From the NCBI GenBank assembly GCA_015491865.1, contig WFVD01000007.1:5994-69993 (forward strand): a stretch of DNA of 64,000 nt, in the 5' to 3' direction. The position numbers were made by a program, and so were the translations under genes. Shown here in pieces: positions 63,358-64,000 of the stretch. The notes beneath the pieces are model-generated. The model did not search any database. It worked only from the letters and a program-made list of their open reading frames with translations, and was not told where the DNA came from. Numbering within the stretch: the stretch's first letter is position 1; every line of letters starts with the position of its first letter. This stretch comes from Gammaproteobacteria bacterium. Its GTDB lineage: Bacteria; Pseudomonadota; Gammaproteobacteria; SZUA-140.

Positions 63358-63609
63358 ATGACCCGCTATAAAACACATCTGATAGCCGTAAAGAATTTCA
63401 ACGACAAAGAAGATATGATTATGCGGGACATCCGCGATGCGATGGAGTACCTCTCTATCATGATGTCTCACCACCACGTATCAACGCATCAATCGCCGCA
63501 ACAAAGCGGATCAGACAGCGCACCACCAACCCACCCATCCCCAGCCACCCATATCTACTGCTATGATGCAAAAGTACTCCCATTTCCACATAGCAGCAGC
63601 CACAACTAG
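63358..63609 (+). CDS. hypothetical 83-aa His/Pro/Ser-rich protein
   Basis: Strong SD (GAAGGAGAGGTTATG). No recognisable domain. Competing minus-strand ORFs are Cys/Trp-rich and look spurious. Confidence 0.4.
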   Translation: MTRYKTHLIAVKNFNDKEDMIMRDIRDAMEYLSIMMSHHHVSTHQSPQQSGSDSAPPTHPSPATHIYCYDAKVLPFPHSSSHN

Positions 63610-63817
63610 AGCCTCATTCAGCAGTGAACAACACCGCCTGCACACCGCACACAGCAGCGATGCATCGGCCTGAATACCCACTAATCGTTCCTCACAAAAA
63701 TTTAGCACATAGCAAATCACCGCTTTCCGAAACACAGCACTAGACAACACCCGCCCAATGACGCAAAAATAGCCGGGCACCATTCATACAGGATCATACA
63801 GGGAAAAAAGAGAAACA

Positions 63818-64000
63818 ATGAGCGAACCGTTACTACCGCTGATCACGGAAGCAGAAGAACTGGAAGCTAGCATCGACGAAGAAAAGCTGGTTATCATCGA
63901 TCTATCTCGCGCACCGATCTATGAGCGTAACCACATTCCCGGCGCGGTTCACGTCGACTATTCACAGCTCGTCACCAGCAAACCACCGGTCATGGGGCTG
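63818..64000 (+). CDS. rhodanese-domain sulfurtransferase (partial, N-terminal 61 codons; continues beyond the window)
   Basis: MSEPLLPLITEAEELEASIDEEKLVIIDLSRAPIYERNHIPGAVHVDY resembles the N-terminal inactive rhodanese domain of SseA/thiosulfate sulfurtransferases. Confidence 0.6.
   Translation, partial: MSEPLLPLITEAEELEASIDEEKLVIIDLSRAPIYERNHIPGAVHVDYSQLVTSKPPVMGL

Noticed and set aside
63103-63783. Minus-strand ORFs 63103..63477 (124 aa) and 63511..63783 (90 aa)
   Set aside because: The first overlaps the suhB 3' end. Both are Cys/Trp/Arg-rich and lack an RBS. The plus-strand 83-aa ORF with a strong SD is the better, though still uncertain, reading.

Overview
This is a gammaproteobacterial chromosomal segment, about 90% coding and mostly core housekeeping genes. 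I call about 65 CDS, one tRNA-Ser(GGA) and the 4.5S/SRP RNA.

Three stretches follow gene orders I recall from E. coli and Pseudomonas:
- 0-10.2 kb: ftsK...trxB...aat-infA-clpA-clpS-cspD
- 14.6-26 kb: mutL-amiB-tsaE-nnr / queG / orn / rsgA
- 44.3-63.3 kb: der-bamB-yfgM-hisS-ispG-rodZ-pilW-rlmN-ndk-iscX-fdx-hscA-hscB-iscA-iscU-iscS-iscR-cysE-trmJ / suhB

About 12 kb between tadA and der (32.3-44.4 kb) is not part of those blocks. It carries a sigma54-driven NarK-type transporter with a PP2C/Ser-Thr-kinase fusion, an alpha/delta-like carbonic anhydrase, a SprA-related protein, a BigR/SqrR-type persulfide-detoxification operon, an M1 peptidase and two small unknown proteins.

I saw no transposase, integrase, phage gene, CRISPR array or large repeat family. 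I did not find an unambiguous new multi-gene system. The best leads are:
1. A PilZ - FemAB-like (DUF482) - Aat operon in the N-degron locus.
2. Two paralogous CU-rich, terminator-ended sRNA-like elements between purB and mutL.
3. The sigma54-narK-hairpin-PP2C/kinase unit.
4. An extra NifS-like desulfurase between iscR and iscS.
5. Single-gene insertions into otherwise conserved gene order: an orphan receiver and a signal-less beta-propeller.

All calls come from reading the sequence and translations by eye. No database search was run.
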